From IMG/VR virus record IMGVR_UViG_3300028829_004140, positions 1-64,000 of that record: DNA of 64,000 nt; one strand, written 5' to 3'. Source of the DNA: a virus. The position numbers and the translations under genes are program-made. The notes beneath the pieces were generated by a model. That model had not been told where the DNA came from. It was given only the letters and a program-made list of their open reading frames with translations, and did not search any database. Shown here piece by piece: positions 1 through 10,196 of this stretch. How positions within the stretch are numbered: position 1 is the first letter of the stretch; each line of letters begins with the position of its first letter.

Positions 1-1
1 T

Positions 2-208
2 TACTATACTGGCAATCTGGACTTCGTTTATTTTCCGAGAGATTATTTCCCGGTTAGTTACTTTCCGGGACTTGTTCCGCTCGATACTACGGAAGTTAGT
101 TTTACTTTCAAAATTCAGACTCAATCTGAGAAGAAATTGGGTATAAATAGAGAGAGCGAAGCAACTTTAAAAATCAATCGTCAACTAGAATTTAAACTAG
201 AAAGATAA
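2..208 (+). CDS. 3' end of a truncated upstream gene (probably virion-associated), with YFPxxYFPxxYFP motif
   Basis: Open frame from base 2 to TAA at 206-208 (YYTGNLDFVYFPRDYFPVSYFPGLV...LEFKLER*). Followed by the GGAG RBS of the next gene. Confidence 0.6.
   Translation, partial: YYTGNLDFVYFPRDYFPVSYFPGLVPLDTTEVSFTFKIQTQSEKKLGINRESEATLKINRQLEFKLER
138..145 (+). promoter_or_regulatory. Putative late-promoter motif TGGGTATA
   Basis: Same TG[TG]GTATA octamer as at 5575, 9073, 12596 and 28951. Lies 75 bp upstream of ORF 220, but inside the upstream CDS. Confidence 0.3.
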
Positions 209-219
209 CAGGAGAAGTT

Positions 220-807
220 ATGGATTACCTTACAGATATTAAGCTATTAGAGGATATTGGAAAAACGGACGCAGAGATTGTAAATATTCTCAGTGGTAAA
301 ACCCAATCTCCAATCAAGATTTCCGATCTAGAAAACTTTTTCACTTTTGAAGATTTGGCAAGCAAAAACGCTATTACTTCAAACTGGGAAGGCGTTTTGA
401 TTGATGAAATCAATAACGATGTGTTTGGTTTAAGTACCGCCCTTGTGGAGCTTTTCAAGCATGTCAACAAAACCAGATCAGAGGTTATTGATACCACGGT
501 CGCTGAATGGGCCGAGAAATCTTGGCTTTTGACAAACGCTCTTGTGGCTGCCGGAATTATTACCAGTGGTCAGCAGGACGCATTTTACAACTTGGGTCGC
601 GGAAGAAGGCATGTGGGCTTGAACGAAGATGGTGTAAATTACTTGCGAACAAAATATAATGATGAAGAACTACCAAGGCTTGAAGCTGTTGGTCGTGTTA
701 ACGAAAGGGCCGGAGCTGCTCAACAAGCGGCACAAATAGCACTATTGTCTGAAAAAACTCCACAGGAAATTCTTGCTGACGCAGAAACTGCTTGGAATAA
801 TTCTTAA
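220..807 (+). CDS. Hypothetical phage protein (195 aa)
   Basis: ORF with AGGAG RBS in the structural block; no recognisable motif. Confidence 0.75.
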   Translation: MDYLTDIKLLEDIGKTDAEIVNILSGKTQSPIKISDLENFFTFEDLASKNAITSNWEGVLIDEINNDVFGLSTALVELFKHVNKTRSEVIDTTVAEWAEKSWLLTNALVAAGIITSGQQDAFYNLGRGRRHVGLNEDGVNYLRTKYNDEELPRLEAVGRVNERAGAAQQAAQIALLSEKTPQEILADAETAWNNS

Positions 808-831
808 TTCTTACAAATATGAGGTTAAGAT

Positions 832-2025
832 ATGACTGTTCCAAATGGTTATGTAAAATTTAATGCCGATACTGGTAGTGACACCTTGTCTAGCGGGCTT
901 GGTCCGTCTACCCCTCTTAATGGTTCTGCTGCCAGTACCACAGCATCCTCTTCAGTTGTAAATGGAATAGATACTACTGCCGTAACTGCCGGTGATTTAT
1001 TGTGGGTGCAATCTTCTTCTGGTCGCCAGTTTAGCATTATTGCCAGTGTTGATAGTACAACACAAGTAACCTGCGATGACACCTTCGATAATACGGAAAG
1101 CGGTAGAACTTGGGCTATAGGTGGAAAAAGAGCCACTCTGGACGATGCTAGTTCCCGTAGACTAACTTCTGGCGACATGGGGCAAACTTGGATCGAGCTT
1201 GAAACAGATCAAACTATCACTTCTGGTTTAGGCGTGGCTGGGGAATACGCAAGAATAAAATCTTCTGGTTCTACAAAAAAGACCATTACAATTTCCGGTG
1301 TTGGCGAATATATGTTCGTTAGAGGTACTTTCTATCTCAGGGATATAAAGATGCGAGCATTAGATAATAATGTATTCGCTGACGCTGGCGGTAATTCTAC
1401 CACGATGTTAAGAGCTAATGGTTGTGTAATCGGAGATCCTGATTATCCTTTTTCTGCTTTAGTTTCTTCAAATTGGTCTGTTAATTTTGATTTATATGAA
1501 ACTTTGATTCAAGAAATAAATCCCTCTGGCGATATTGCTGCGGGAAATACTTTGCTTGCTAGTAGACTAATGCTAGACAACTGCATTATGAAAAATTGTG
1601 GAAGATTTAATATGGTTGGCCCCGGAGGATCTCTGTTTGGTTTTAGAAATTCTATATTTATTGGGACTGGTGGCGATTTAAGTTCTGGTAATTATGGAAT
1701 TGTCGATGTTCAAAATTGTATATTCTACAACTATGACTCTGTATTTATTGGCGGATCTTGGCGATTTGAGATTTATAATTGTATTTTCCATACCGTTAAC
1801 AATATAGTCAAAGATATTTACAGTCGCCCAGAATTATATTTCGGTGTAAGAATTTACAATTCTTTTGGATATAATACTACCTCAAATACAATTACGTCTA
1901 AAGATGTAATCAGCTATACAGCATTAACAGAAGATCCTTTTGTGGATGTGTTTAATGATGACTTTAATATAAATAATACTACGGGGGGAGGAGCTGTTAT
2001 AAAAGCAGTCTCGCATCAGTTATGA
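832..2025 (+). CDS. Putative tail fibre/spike with right-handed beta-helix (pectin-lyase-like) C-terminal region, paralog A
   Basis: GAGG RBS. Repeated NCI/NSIF/NCIF beta-helix rungs. N-terminal ~105 aa closely similar to the next gene. Confidence 0.6.
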   Translation: MTVPNGYVKFNADTGSDTLSSGLGPSTPLNGSAASTTASSSVVNGIDTTAVTAGDLLWVQSSSGRQFSIIASVDSTTQVTCDDTFDNTESGRTWAIGGKRATLDDASSRRLTSGDMGQTWIELETDQTITSGLGVAGEYARIKSSGSTKKTITISGVGEYMFVRGTFYLRDIKMRALDNNVFADAGGNSTTMLRANGCVIGDPDYPFSALVSSNWSVNFDLYETLIQEINPSGDIAAGNTLLASRLMLDNCIMKNCGRFNMVGPGGSLFGFRNSIFIGTGGDLSSGNYGIVDVQNCIFYNYDSVFIGGSWRFEIYNCIFHTVNNIVKDIYSRPELYFGVRIYNSFGYNTTSNTITSKDVISYTALTEDPFVDVFNDDFNINNTTGGGAVIKAVSHQL

Positions 2026-3311
2026 CATTACCCAATGGAAATGTAATCTTAAATTCTTCTACTGGTAGCGATACACAGTCTAGTGGTTTAGGCCCCTCTA
2101 CAGCTGTATATGGATCTAATGCGTCTATAACGCTGGATAGCAACGTAGTTACCGGAATCGACACAACCGGCGTAACAGCAGGTGATCTTTTGTGGGTACA
2201 ATCTTCTGTCGGTAGGCAGTTTATTATAATAGCGAGTGTTGATAGTGCCACTCAGGTAACATGCGATGAAAATTTTAATGTAACGGAGTCGGGTAGAACT
2301 TGGGCGATAGGTGGAAAAAGGGCAACGCTAGACAATGCGGATCTTAGCACTATTTATGGTACTTATCCATATAATCACCCTGACCGGGAGTTGTGGATAG
2401 AGCTAGAAACTGATCAGACAATAACTTCTGCGATTGTTGGATACCAAGCAGCGGCTAGGATAAAATCCTCTACCGGAAGTGTAAAAACCATAACTCTGGC
2501 ATCTGGGTCTTCAACAGTTTATGTCTTCGGCATATCTAGCGTATTCTTAGACAGAATTAAAATCAGATGTGAAAACAGTGACCATTCGGTATTCTGGGGG
2601 TTAACGTCTGGAGGATGTAAAGCATATTTGTTTAATTGTGTTGTTGGGGAATCTTCTTATCCGATCAAAATGTTGGGTCATGGTGGCACTCAAGGGTCTA
2701 ACGTTTCTGCATTTAATACAAGATTTGAAAGCATAAAAATAACCCCCGCTTCTCAATTCGGTCTTGACAATGGCGATATGCACGGCTGGAACTGTGCTGT
2801 GAGGGCTAATGGTTGTTTGTTTTATAATTGCGGGAGTATTCATGGTTCTGGGTCTAACATAGATAATTATTTTGGAAGTACCAATATATATTCCCAGCTT
2901 ACAAATTGTATTTTTATAGGCGATGGGGTTACGGATTTATCTGGACCATATCTACCATCTTTTAAAAATTGCATTATAACAAACTATAGATATATAGGAA
3001 ACATAACGACCGACGCAGTTCCATACGCAACGATACAAACTTTTGGAAATATTAAAAATTGCTTAGTACATAATGTTGACTCTATATTAAATATAAACCC
3101 AAGCACGCTAGATATTAGAAGGTTGGATGTTACAGATAGTTTCTTTTATAACGTTGGTAGTTTTTCCAATGTGCAAAATATAGAGTCTTATATCGGTCTA
3201 GACAATACAACTTTAACGGCAGATCCGCTAGAGGTTATAAACGACACCGTTCAAATAAATAATTCTGTTGGTGGTGGCAACCTAGTACGAAATTCGGAGA
3301 TCAAACTGTGA
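2022..3311 (+). CDS. Putative tail fibre/spike with beta-helix region, paralog B
   Basis: ATGA overlap with paralog A. Shared N-terminus (SGLGPST...VTAGDLLWVQSS.GRQF.IIASVDS.TQVTCD...TESGRTWAIGGKRATLD). NCV/NCIF/NCL rungs. Confidence 0.6.
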   Translation: MTLPNGNVILNSSTGSDTQSSGLGPSTAVYGSNASITLDSNVVTGIDTTGVTAGDLLWVQSSVGRQFIIIASVDSATQVTCDENFNVTESGRTWAIGGKRATLDNADLSTIYGTYPYNHPDRELWIELETDQTITSAIVGYQAAARIKSSTGSVKTITLASGSSTVYVFGISSVFLDRIKIRCENSDHSVFWGLTSGGCKAYLFNCVVGESSYPIKMLGHGGTQGSNVSAFNTRFESIKITPASQFGLDNGDMHGWNCAVRANGCLFYNCGSIHGSGSNIDNYFGSTNIYSQLTNCIFIGDGVTDLSGPYLPSFKNCIITNYRYIGNITTDAVPYATIQTFGNIKNCLVHNVDSILNINPSTLDIRRLDVTDSFFYNVGSFSNVQNIESYIGLDNTTLTADPLEVINDTVQINNSVGGGNLVRNSEIKL

Positions 3312-5536
3312 CAACTATTTATACTTTTGCCAATTTAGCAGACGCAGACCAAGGGGCTAGAACAGACCTTCGCCCATTTGGACAGTTCTATGCTCCAACA
3401 TCTGTCGCCACCCAATGTTATAACGCCCTTTTTGGTAAGGGGAATTATGATGGGGCAGATAAAAATCTTGCCGCCAATTTTGAGATGCAGGATAATGATA
3501 ACACAACCTTGGTGAGAGACAGTAGCGGTAACGGAAGAGATGGATACTTTAAAGATAGATTTGGTACGTGGGGTGGAGAATATTCATTTGGTACAACTTC
3601 TGATCTTTCTTATGAAGATGGTCCCAAAGGTTATTTGCCTAGATCTTTACATGTTCCGGGCAAGGAGAGCGGCTATGATCCCGGAGAAATAGCGTTTGGG
3701 GTCGGTACCAGCACTAAAATAGACTGGGCCGATATACCAGAATCTCAGGGGATAACACTTATTGGATGGGCTAACATGGGTCCAAGTTTTTCTGGTATGC
3801 AAATGTTTAGAAGGCTTGCTCACCCCAACCCCTTAGCACCTTCTGATTATTATTTTGGAATTCATAGTCAAAACAATGCTGGCTGGACTGCTTTCACGGG
3901 TAGTACCGGTGACTACACTGGCAACAGTTTAACTGTTACTCCAAACACTGGTGTAAATAGACTACAGCCAGACACATGGTATCATGGTGCTTATGTTATT
4001 AAGGATCTTAACAGAAAAATATATCAAGATGGCGTGTTAAAGGTTGAAAGGCCGGATGGGGCAACGGTAGTATATAATATTAACGCCGGTTTTTATATTG
4101 GTGGAGGTGGTTATCTTGCTGGTGTTTCTATGTTTAGTCGCGAATTATCAGCAGATGAAATCTCAGAAGCCTATTCCGGCCCAGAGCCATACGCACAAGT
4201 AATGCCCACAATATCAGGCACGCCCGCCGTGGGAAGTTTCATTACAATCAACGCCGGAACTTGGAACTCACAATCCAACGGGACGATAAGATATACATAC
4301 AAAATGTATAGCTATAGCGATACCGCCGGTTCGGACGAAAGATTAGAAAAAGAAGTTACTACTTTTCTAACATCGCAGAAGATACTTCTTCGTGGGTCAT
4401 CAAGACTAGCGGGCCGCTATCTAAGATTCATTATTTCTGCTGAAAATGATGGCGGAACTGACCCGCTTGAAGTTTATGAAACATCTTATACTGCGGCTGT
4501 TGCTTCGGGATCTGAGCCAGCTTATGTTAGCTATAACGCTTTGTTTGGTTATGGAAAACATACACACGATCCAGAACTTCAAACACGCATGTTATTTGAT
4601 AGTGATCCAACACTAGAAGAATTTCAGCAATATGGCGATTGGACTGTTAATAATATAGCTTTAACTGACTCTAATTTAGTAGACGTTGGACCTACTTCGT
4701 ATTTAACTAAATCTTTTAATCAATCAGTGGTGGGTCAAAATATTACATTTAGTTCGCCTAATGCAGATTTAACATCTACTGGATACACTGCTGGTTCTTG
4801 GGTCAAGCTAGATGCGTATGAACCTGTCGGCATTTCTAATGTCATATCTATGGCAAATCATAGTGGTGGCTGGATAGGCTTGCGGGTATTTGCAACTGCC
4901 TATTTTGCAACTGGTGCAGTTAATCCGCCGGTTGGTTTTAGCTGGAATAACGAAGTTGGGCTTGGTGGCTGGGGACATATTGTAGGAAGGCTCGATACTA
5001 CCGGTTTTCAACAGCCTTCTACTGCCGAGATATACTTAAATGCCGAGTCTCAAGCTTCTTCATCTTCCGCTGGAAGTTGGCATATCCGGCCAACCTCTGG
5101 AGATCTTATGTATCGTATACCGGGCAACATGGCGGATTTTTGGTGGATTCAAAGAAGTTTATCTGACACAGAAATTTCAGAAACTTACACAGGCCCAGAA
5201 CCAGTTAATGTTGTCCCGGCATCTATTTCGGGCGATTTTAGAGTTGGCTATACGCTTTCCATTTCCTCTGGCGTATGGGACTCTCAAAACAACGGAATCA
5301 TGACTAAAACTTACCAATGGTATCGTGCAGACGATATTAATGGAACAAACTTAACAGCAATCGCTGGAGAAACTTCTTCAACATACACTTTAACAATAAA
5401 TGATTATAAAAAATATCTAACCGTTAAGGAAAGATCCAGCAATGACGGGGGCTATGATGAGCTTGAAGACACGTTTGCAACTTACACTTCCCAAATAGCT
5501 TTACGTGGCGGAATGTTGATGTTAAAGGCTGGATAA
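3308..5536 (+). CDS. Virion protein with two tandem LamG/concanavalin-like + Ig-like units
   Basis: LamG-like motifs (VRDSSGNG, WYHGAYV, FSRELSADEI / IQRSLSDTEI). Each is followed by an Ig-like block (PTISGTPAVG..GTW; YQWYR...TSSTYTLT..D..KYL). Confidence 0.7.
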   Translation: MTTIYTFANLADADQGARTDLRPFGQFYAPTSVATQCYNALFGKGNYDGADKNLAANFEMQDNDNTTLVRDSSGNGRDGYFKDRFGTWGGEYSFGTTSDLSYEDGPKGYLPRSLHVPGKESGYDPGEIAFGVGTSTKIDWADIPESQGITLIGWANMGPSFSGMQMFRRLAHPNPLAPSDYYFGIHSQNNAGWTAFTGSTGDYTGNSLTVTPNTGVNRLQPDTWYHGAYVIKDLNRKIYQDGVLKVERPDGATVVYNINAGFYIGGGGYLAGVSMFSRELSADEISEAYSGPEPYAQVMPTISGTPAVGSFITINAGTWNSQSNGTIRYTYKMYSYSDTAGSDERLEKEVTTFLTSQKILLRGSSRLAGRYLRFIISAENDGGTDPLEVYETSYTAAVASGSEPAYVSYNALFGYGKHTHDPELQTRMLFDSDPTLEEFQQYGDWTVNNIALTDSNLVDVGPTSYLTKSFNQSVVGQNITFSSPNADLTSTGYTAGSWVKLDAYEPVGISNVISMANHSGGWIGLRVFATAYFATGAVNPPVGFSWNNEVGLGGWGHIVGRLDTTGFQQPSTAEIYLNAESQASSSSAGSWHIRPTSGDLMYRIPGNMADFWWIQRSLSDTEISETYTGPEPVNVVPASISGDFRVGYTLSISSGVWDSQNNGIMTKTYQWYRADDINGTNLTAIAGETSSTYTLTINDYKKYLTVKERSSNDGGYDELEDTFATYTSQIALRGGMLMLKAG

Positions 5537-5574
5537 TTTATTTTTTACAATTACAACCCTTAAATGTAAAAATT

Positions 5575-5582
5575 TGGGTATA
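5575..5582 (+). promoter_or_regulatory. Putative late-promoter motif TGGGTATA
   Basis: Intergenic, upstream of 5639; one of five copies of the octamer. Confidence 0.5.
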
Positions 5583-5638
5583 ACTATTTATAATCAAGAA
5601 AGTTTTATCGCTACCCTGTATAGCCTAGAGAGAAGAAA

Positions 5639-5965
5639 ATGACATGTTCGGAAGAAGAACTACATTATAATGATGTTGGAACTGTGTTTCTAGTTACCAT
5701 GAATGATTGCGTTTCTGGTACTTCCACCGTTCTAAATATATCGTCCGCTTCTTCTTTGCAGCTTATTTTAAAATCACCCTCTGGAGTTTCATCAACAAAA
5801 AATGCGGTTCTGGATTCAGACGGAACTGATGGGAAAATGAAGTATACCAGCGTAGCGGGAGATCTAAACGAAATAGGAACTTGGAGAATTCAGGCAAAAA
5901 TACAAATTCTCGATGGAGTTTTTAGATCAAATATAGATACGTTCAAAGTATACGAAAACCTATAG
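5639..5965 (+). CDS. BppU-N/DUF2479-like baseplate or adaptor domain protein
   Basis: Pattern D.GT.F.V...LKSPSG...DGKMKY...GDLNEIGTWRIQAKI...F.V.ENL resembles the BppU N-terminal domain. Confidence 0.55.
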   Translation: MTCSEEELHYNDVGTVFLVTMNDCVSGTSTVLNISSASSLQLILKSPSGVSSTKNAVLDSDGTDGKMKYTSVAGDLNEIGTWRIQAKIQILDGVFRSNIDTFKVYENL

Positions 5966-5974
5966 GGTAATTAT

Positions 5975-6481
5975 ATGTCGTGGCAAGTAGATATGGTTTT
6001 AATGTTAAGGTCTATAATTGGAGATCTTGATGGTTTAAAATATACGGATGAGCGTTTAAAGCAGGTTTTAGTGATAGGAGCTTATAATGTTCAGAATGAG
6101 GCCAGCTTTGCAAATACTTATGTGGCTAGTGTGGGGCAGGTTTCTCTTTCTCCCGATCCAATTAACACAGGAGATTCGGACTTCGCCGTTTTAAGCGTTT
6201 ATAAAAGTGCCTGTATTCTTATAGGTAGTGAAGTAAAAACAGAATCAGCAAACGCGATTTCTATTAAAGATGGACCTTCTGCAATTGACCTAAGAGGTGT
6301 TAGCGGAAGTTTGTCTGCGTTGTTTAACAGTATTTGTGCAAAATATGATGAGATGCTGACAAAATACCAATATGAAAGCGGCAATGGAGATGGAACACCT
6401 GTTGGAACTGCCGTTCTCGGTCCTTATAGCCCCGGTAGTTGGGGCGTTGCCCAGAACCGTAATAATGGCGGTTTTTATTAA
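5975..6481 (+). CDS. Putative head-tail adaptor/connector protein
   Basis: Size and position. LRSIIGD...YTDERL N-terminus is typical of gp6/gp15-like adaptors. Confidence 0.5.
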   Translation: MSWQVDMVLMLRSIIGDLDGLKYTDERLKQVLVIGAYNVQNEASFANTYVASVGQVSLSPDPINTGDSDFAVLSVYKSACILIGSEVKTESANAISIKDGPSAIDLRGVSGSLSALFNSICAKYDEMLTKYQYESGNGDGTPVGTAVLGPYSPGSWGVAQNRNNGGFY

Positions 6482-6505
6482 CATTTACCTAACTGGAGAA
6501 AAGAT

Positions 6506-6943
6506 ATGGCTTCTGTAAAAATTATTGGCGGGAATGGGTTTAATGAAGGGGGTGCTGTTACTTTTGCAACACCTACCGGAGTTGTTTCAGAACTTACTAA
6601 TCCCGCTCTAAATAGACAAGACCTTCCGCGAGATTACAAAATGTATGGCATAGTGGAATACGCAGTTATCTCTGCTGGGGCTGTCACTCAACAAATTAGA
6701 GCTGGCATAGAAGGAAGACAAATAGAGGTTTTATCTTATGCCTTTGTTTGTGATGATACTACTTTGGTAACATTTAAATCTGATACTACGGCTATATCTG
6801 GAGATTTTCCTATTGCCACAAATGGTGGTATATCTTCACCATCCGGTGATGATGGTGTTATGATTACCGCTGTTGGAGAGGATTTAAACATAACAAATTC
6901 GGTAGGAAATATTGCAGGTCATGTGACATACAGGATTATTTAA
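6506..6943 (+). CDS. Hypothetical structural protein (beta-rich)
   Basis: GGAG RBS; lies in the neck gene cluster. Confidence 0.65.
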   Translation: MASVKIIGGNGFNEGGAVTFATPTGVVSELTNPALNRQDLPRDYKMYGIVEYAVISAGAVTQQIRAGIEGRQIEVLSYAFVCDDTTLVTFKSDTTAISGDFPIATNGGISSPSGDDGVMITAVGEDLNITNSVGNIAGHVTYRII

Positions 6944-7458
6944 TGGCTATCAATATACCAAGTGGTGTTTTTGACGTATACAATGATGCTATTCTTCTTT
7001 TTACAAGGTCTGCTAAATTAGTATATCCTGAATTTAAAGAGGATTGCCCTAATTGTATACTTGGTTCAATGGGTACAAGAAATAGATCTGTTAGTATTTA
7101 TCAAGCGGGTGGTCCTTACCCTTTTGAAAGAGGTATGCCATGTCCTTACTGTGGGGGCAAGGGTTATAAAGCAACAGAGTCTACGGATACTGTTACGTTA
7201 AGAATTTACTGGGATAGGAAAAGCTGGGTAAAAACCGGTGCTGAGATAAATATTCCAGACGGAGGAATTCAAACCATTGCATACCTTTCAGACCTTGATA
7301 AAATAGAGAAGTGTAAGTATATGATTCCTTCTTATGACGGAATAGAAAACTACGATACTAATGCTAGATATGAAAAATCAGGAACTTCTTTTCCTCAAGG
7401 TTTTAAGCAAAATAAAACGAAATACGTTGTCACATTTTGGACAAGGGCTTCTTCGTAA
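6943..7458 (+). CDS. Putative head-closure/stopper protein with Zn-ribbon (CPNC...CPYC)
   Basis: Two CxxC pairs; TAATG overlaps with neighbours; position in neck cluster. Confidence 0.5.
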   Translation: MAINIPSGVFDVYNDAILLFTRSAKLVYPEFKEDCPNCILGSMGTRNRSVSIYQAGGPYPFERGMPCPYCGGKGYKATESTDTVTLRIYWDRKSWVKTGAEINIPDGGIQTIAYLSDLDKIEKCKYMIPSYDGIENYDTNARYEKSGTSFPQGFKQNKTKYVVTFWTRASS

Positions 7459-8078
7459 TGATAAGAAAGACGAGTGTAAAATTAGTAGAGACCAATAACC
7501 AGTTCAAAAAGAAGGTAAACAAGGCGATAGCAGAAGATGCTAATAAAAATGTTCCTAAAAAAATTCCAAAAATAAGTAGTGACATCAAACCTCTTGTTTC
7601 TGCGGCTCTTTTATCTAGTCCAGAAATTTTATCTTTACAAAGTGGAATTCTTCGTTCGGAGTTTGGTCTTGAACAAGACCCTACTCAAGATATCATAGGT
7701 GCTATTCTTTCTAGTTTAAAAGTTCAATATTTTCCAATAAGTTCGAAAAACTTAACAGGGGGATTGAGAATTGTTATGCAGCCTTCCAGTTTTGAAAATC
7801 TTTTATCTCTAGATGTCGCTCAACAGTCAATAAAGGATGGAAGTATTCCTTGGTTGCAATGGTTGTTGACGTTAGGTGATTCTATTATCATAGTTGATTT
7901 TGGAGTTCAGTTTGGTGCCTATCCAGAATCTAGAACTGGTTCGGCCAGAATGAGTAGAAAATTTGCTCCTTATAAGGTAAATAACTCTTTTTCTGGAACA
8001 AGAGATGATAATTTTATAACTAGGGCTGTGGCTAAAATAGAACCACAGATTACAAGGATACTTAAAGGAGCTTTCTAA
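7458..8078 (+). CDS. Putative neck/tail-completion protein
   Basis: ATG at 7458 overlaps the upstream TAA (preferred over 7437). C-terminal GT.DDNFITRA resembles HK97 gp10-like proteins. Confidence 0.5.
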   Translation: MIRKTSVKLVETNNQFKKKVNKAIAEDANKNVPKKIPKISSDIKPLVSAALLSSPEILSLQSGILRSEFGLEQDPTQDIIGAILSSLKVQYFPISSKNLTGGLRIVMQPSSFENLLSLDVAQQSIKDGSIPWLQWLLTLGDSIIIVDFGVQFGAYPESRTGSARMSRKFAPYKVNNSFSGTRDDNFITRAVAKIEPQITRILKGAF

Positions 8079-9064
8079 TGCCCGGAGACAATACAACAAA
8101 ACTTAATTTAGCTTGGGGCCAAGATAAGGCTACAGATATAACTTTGTCAGAGCTTGTTTTAGATAATTTTGTAAATTTTTACGACTGGGGATTGTTAGAT
8201 AAGGGTGGATTTTACAACATAAATATTCCCCAAAGTGGTATATATGGCGGAGATCGTCACAGATTAAGGCTCGTAGATTCTCCTAATTACAATGACGGTC
8301 AGGTTTGGGAGGGGTATCGACAGAACTGGGTTTGGGAGGGTAGTGGTAGTGTAGACGGTACTACCGAACAGCCTATTACTCCATCTGGTGTATTTGTTGA
8401 CGGTTCCTTTTATGCTGTTGATAATGTTACAAAGCCGTTTTACATTGATTATGATTTGGGAAGAGTTGTTTTCGATTCTGCCGAACCTACCACAAGCGAG
8501 GTCACTATCGCATATAGCCATAAAAGGGTTCAAGTAGTTCCAGCCAAGGGTATATCTTGGTTCCAGCAATTGCAAACCAATTCATTTAGAAACGAGTCTG
8601 ATTTTCAGGTTTATGGTTCTGGTGGATGGGTTCATTTAGGGCAGACAAGAGTTCAGCTCCCGGCTATAGCTGTTGAGGTAGTTCCTGCTCAAAGTACCAA
8701 AGGTTATCAGCTTGGTGGTGGTCAATGGGTAAGACCAGATGTTGTGTTTTATATTATGAGTGAAAATCACTGGGAAACGGTAAATCTGATGGATACTGTG
8801 ATTTCTCAGAACGATAGAGCAATAAAATTATACGATTCTACACAGGTAGCGGCTTCTGGTGTTTCTCCTTACACTTTTGAAAACGGTAGGCAGAGAGAGT
8901 TAAGAGATCATGCTAGAGCTAGTGGTATTTATCCTAGTTTGGTTGAAAACTATCCTTATAGAAAGTGCTGGATTAATAATTCTAAGGGAAATGCAATTAC
9001 GCAGCTTTCTGTTGATCTTTATATGGGGGTTGCTCGTTGTTCTACGGAAATTGGGCCTGTTTAG
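8078..9064 (+). CDS. Putative tail terminator/tail-associated protein
   Basis: Immediately upstream of the tail tube. QLPAIAVEV..GYQLGGG segment resembles tail terminators. Confidence 0.5.
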   Translation: MPGDNTTKLNLAWGQDKATDITLSELVLDNFVNFYDWGLLDKGGFYNINIPQSGIYGGDRHRLRLVDSPNYNDGQVWEGYRQNWVWEGSGSVDGTTEQPITPSGVFVDGSFYAVDNVTKPFYIDYDLGRVVFDSAEPTTSEVTIAYSHKRVQVVPAKGISWFQQLQTNSFRNESDFQVYGSGGWVHLGQTRVQLPAIAVEVVPAQSTKGYQLGGGQWVRPDVVFYIMSENHWETVNLMDTVISQNDRAIKLYDSTQVAASGVSPYTFENGRQRELRDHARASGIYPSLVENYPYRKCWINNSKGNAITQLSVDLYMGVARCSTEIGPV

Positions 9065-9072
9065 TTGATTTT

Positions 9073-9080
9073 TGTGTATA
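9073..9080 (+). promoter_or_regulatory. Putative late-promoter motif TGTGTATA
   Basis: Intergenic, upstream of the tail tube gene; recurrent octamer. Confidence 0.55.
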
Positions 9081-9131
9081 TATTATTAGCCCTTTACCAG
9101 AGGACTTAAATAAAATCTAAGGAGAATAATT

Positions 9132-10166
9132 ATGGGTAGAAATGATAGAATTTTCTACGCTTGTCAAGCAGTAGCAATTGCTAAAACCGGGGTCACCCCC
9201 GAAGCTAAACATATTGCGCGTGGTTTGCAAAGTGTTGGAATGAACTCTAACTTTTCACTGGATCAAATTTTTGAAATTGGTCAGCTTGAAATTTATGAGA
9301 ACGTAGAAGATGTTGCAGACATCGAAGTTTCGCTTGAAAAGGTTATTGATGGAGAGACTTTATTGTTTACTCTTGCTTCGAATGGTCTTGCTTCGGTCGA
9401 CTTGGTTGCCGCCGTTAAAAATCGTTCAGATGTTTATCTGTCGATCTTTGATGATGCTCAATCAAACGCTACGGGGACGGCTCGCAACGTATGTTGGAAC
9501 TCTGGATGCTATATTTCCAACGTTTCTTACAGCTACAATGTTGACGGAAATGCAACAGAGTCTTTAGGTCTGGTTGGTAACGATAGGTTCTGGAACAGTG
9601 TCGCCGGTGGAACTGGTTCCAATGCAACCGCTCAGTTTGCAACAATCACTACTGGTCAATTTGGATCGGACTCACCACTTTCCGGTGTTGTTCGTAGAAA
9701 CGACATTGACCTTGCTAATAGTGAACTTCCAGATCTTGTTAAGTCTCAAGAGGGTGACTTGGCTAATGTTCCCATTGGGAATGAGAACTACCATCTCCAG
9801 TCCGTTTCTATTAGTGCTGACTTTGGTCAGGAGAACTTGCTTGAATTGGGTCGATTTGGACCTTACGCTAAGTTCGTGACTTTCCCAATTGAGGTTAGTT
9901 GTGAGTTTGAAGTTATTGCAACTTCCGGTGATCTAAAGAGTGTTTCGGGTATCAACAAGAACTTGGTAGACCAAGATATTCTGATTAAAGATAGCGCCGG
10001 AACTGTTATTGACCTCGGTAGTGGTGGCAGTGGAAAGAATAAACTTTCTTCGATCTCTTACTCTGGTGGTGACGCCGGTGGAGGTAACTCGACTGTTACT
10101 TACTCTTACACCAATTTCAATTCATTAATCGTTGATGATGGCTCAGACTTTGCAGCATCATCTTAA
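9132..10166 (+). CDS. Major tail (tube) protein
   Basis: Strong AAGGAG RBS. Acidic, Gly/Ser beta-rich sequence with internal pseudo-repeat (GLQSVGM..F..DQIFEIGQ / LQSVSI..FGQENLLELGR). Precedes chaperone-like genes and the TMP. Confidence 0.7.
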   Translation: MGRNDRIFYACQAVAIAKTGVTPEAKHIARGLQSVGMNSNFSLDQIFEIGQLEIYENVEDVADIEVSLEKVIDGETLLFTLASNGLASVDLVAAVKNRSDVYLSIFDDAQSNATGTARNVCWNSGCYISNVSYSYNVDGNATESLGLVGNDRFWNSVAGGTGSNATAQFATITTGQFGSDSPLSGVVRRNDIDLANSELPDLVKSQEGDLANVPIGNENYHLQSVSISADFGQENLLELGRFGPYAKFVTFPIEVSCEFEVIATSGDLKSVSGINKNLVDQDILIKDSAGTVIDLGSGGSGKNKLSSISYSGGDAGGGNSTVTYSYTNFNSLIVDDGSDFAASS

Positions 10167-10196
10167 CCTTTAAAGTATTAGTAAAAGGATTAGGAC

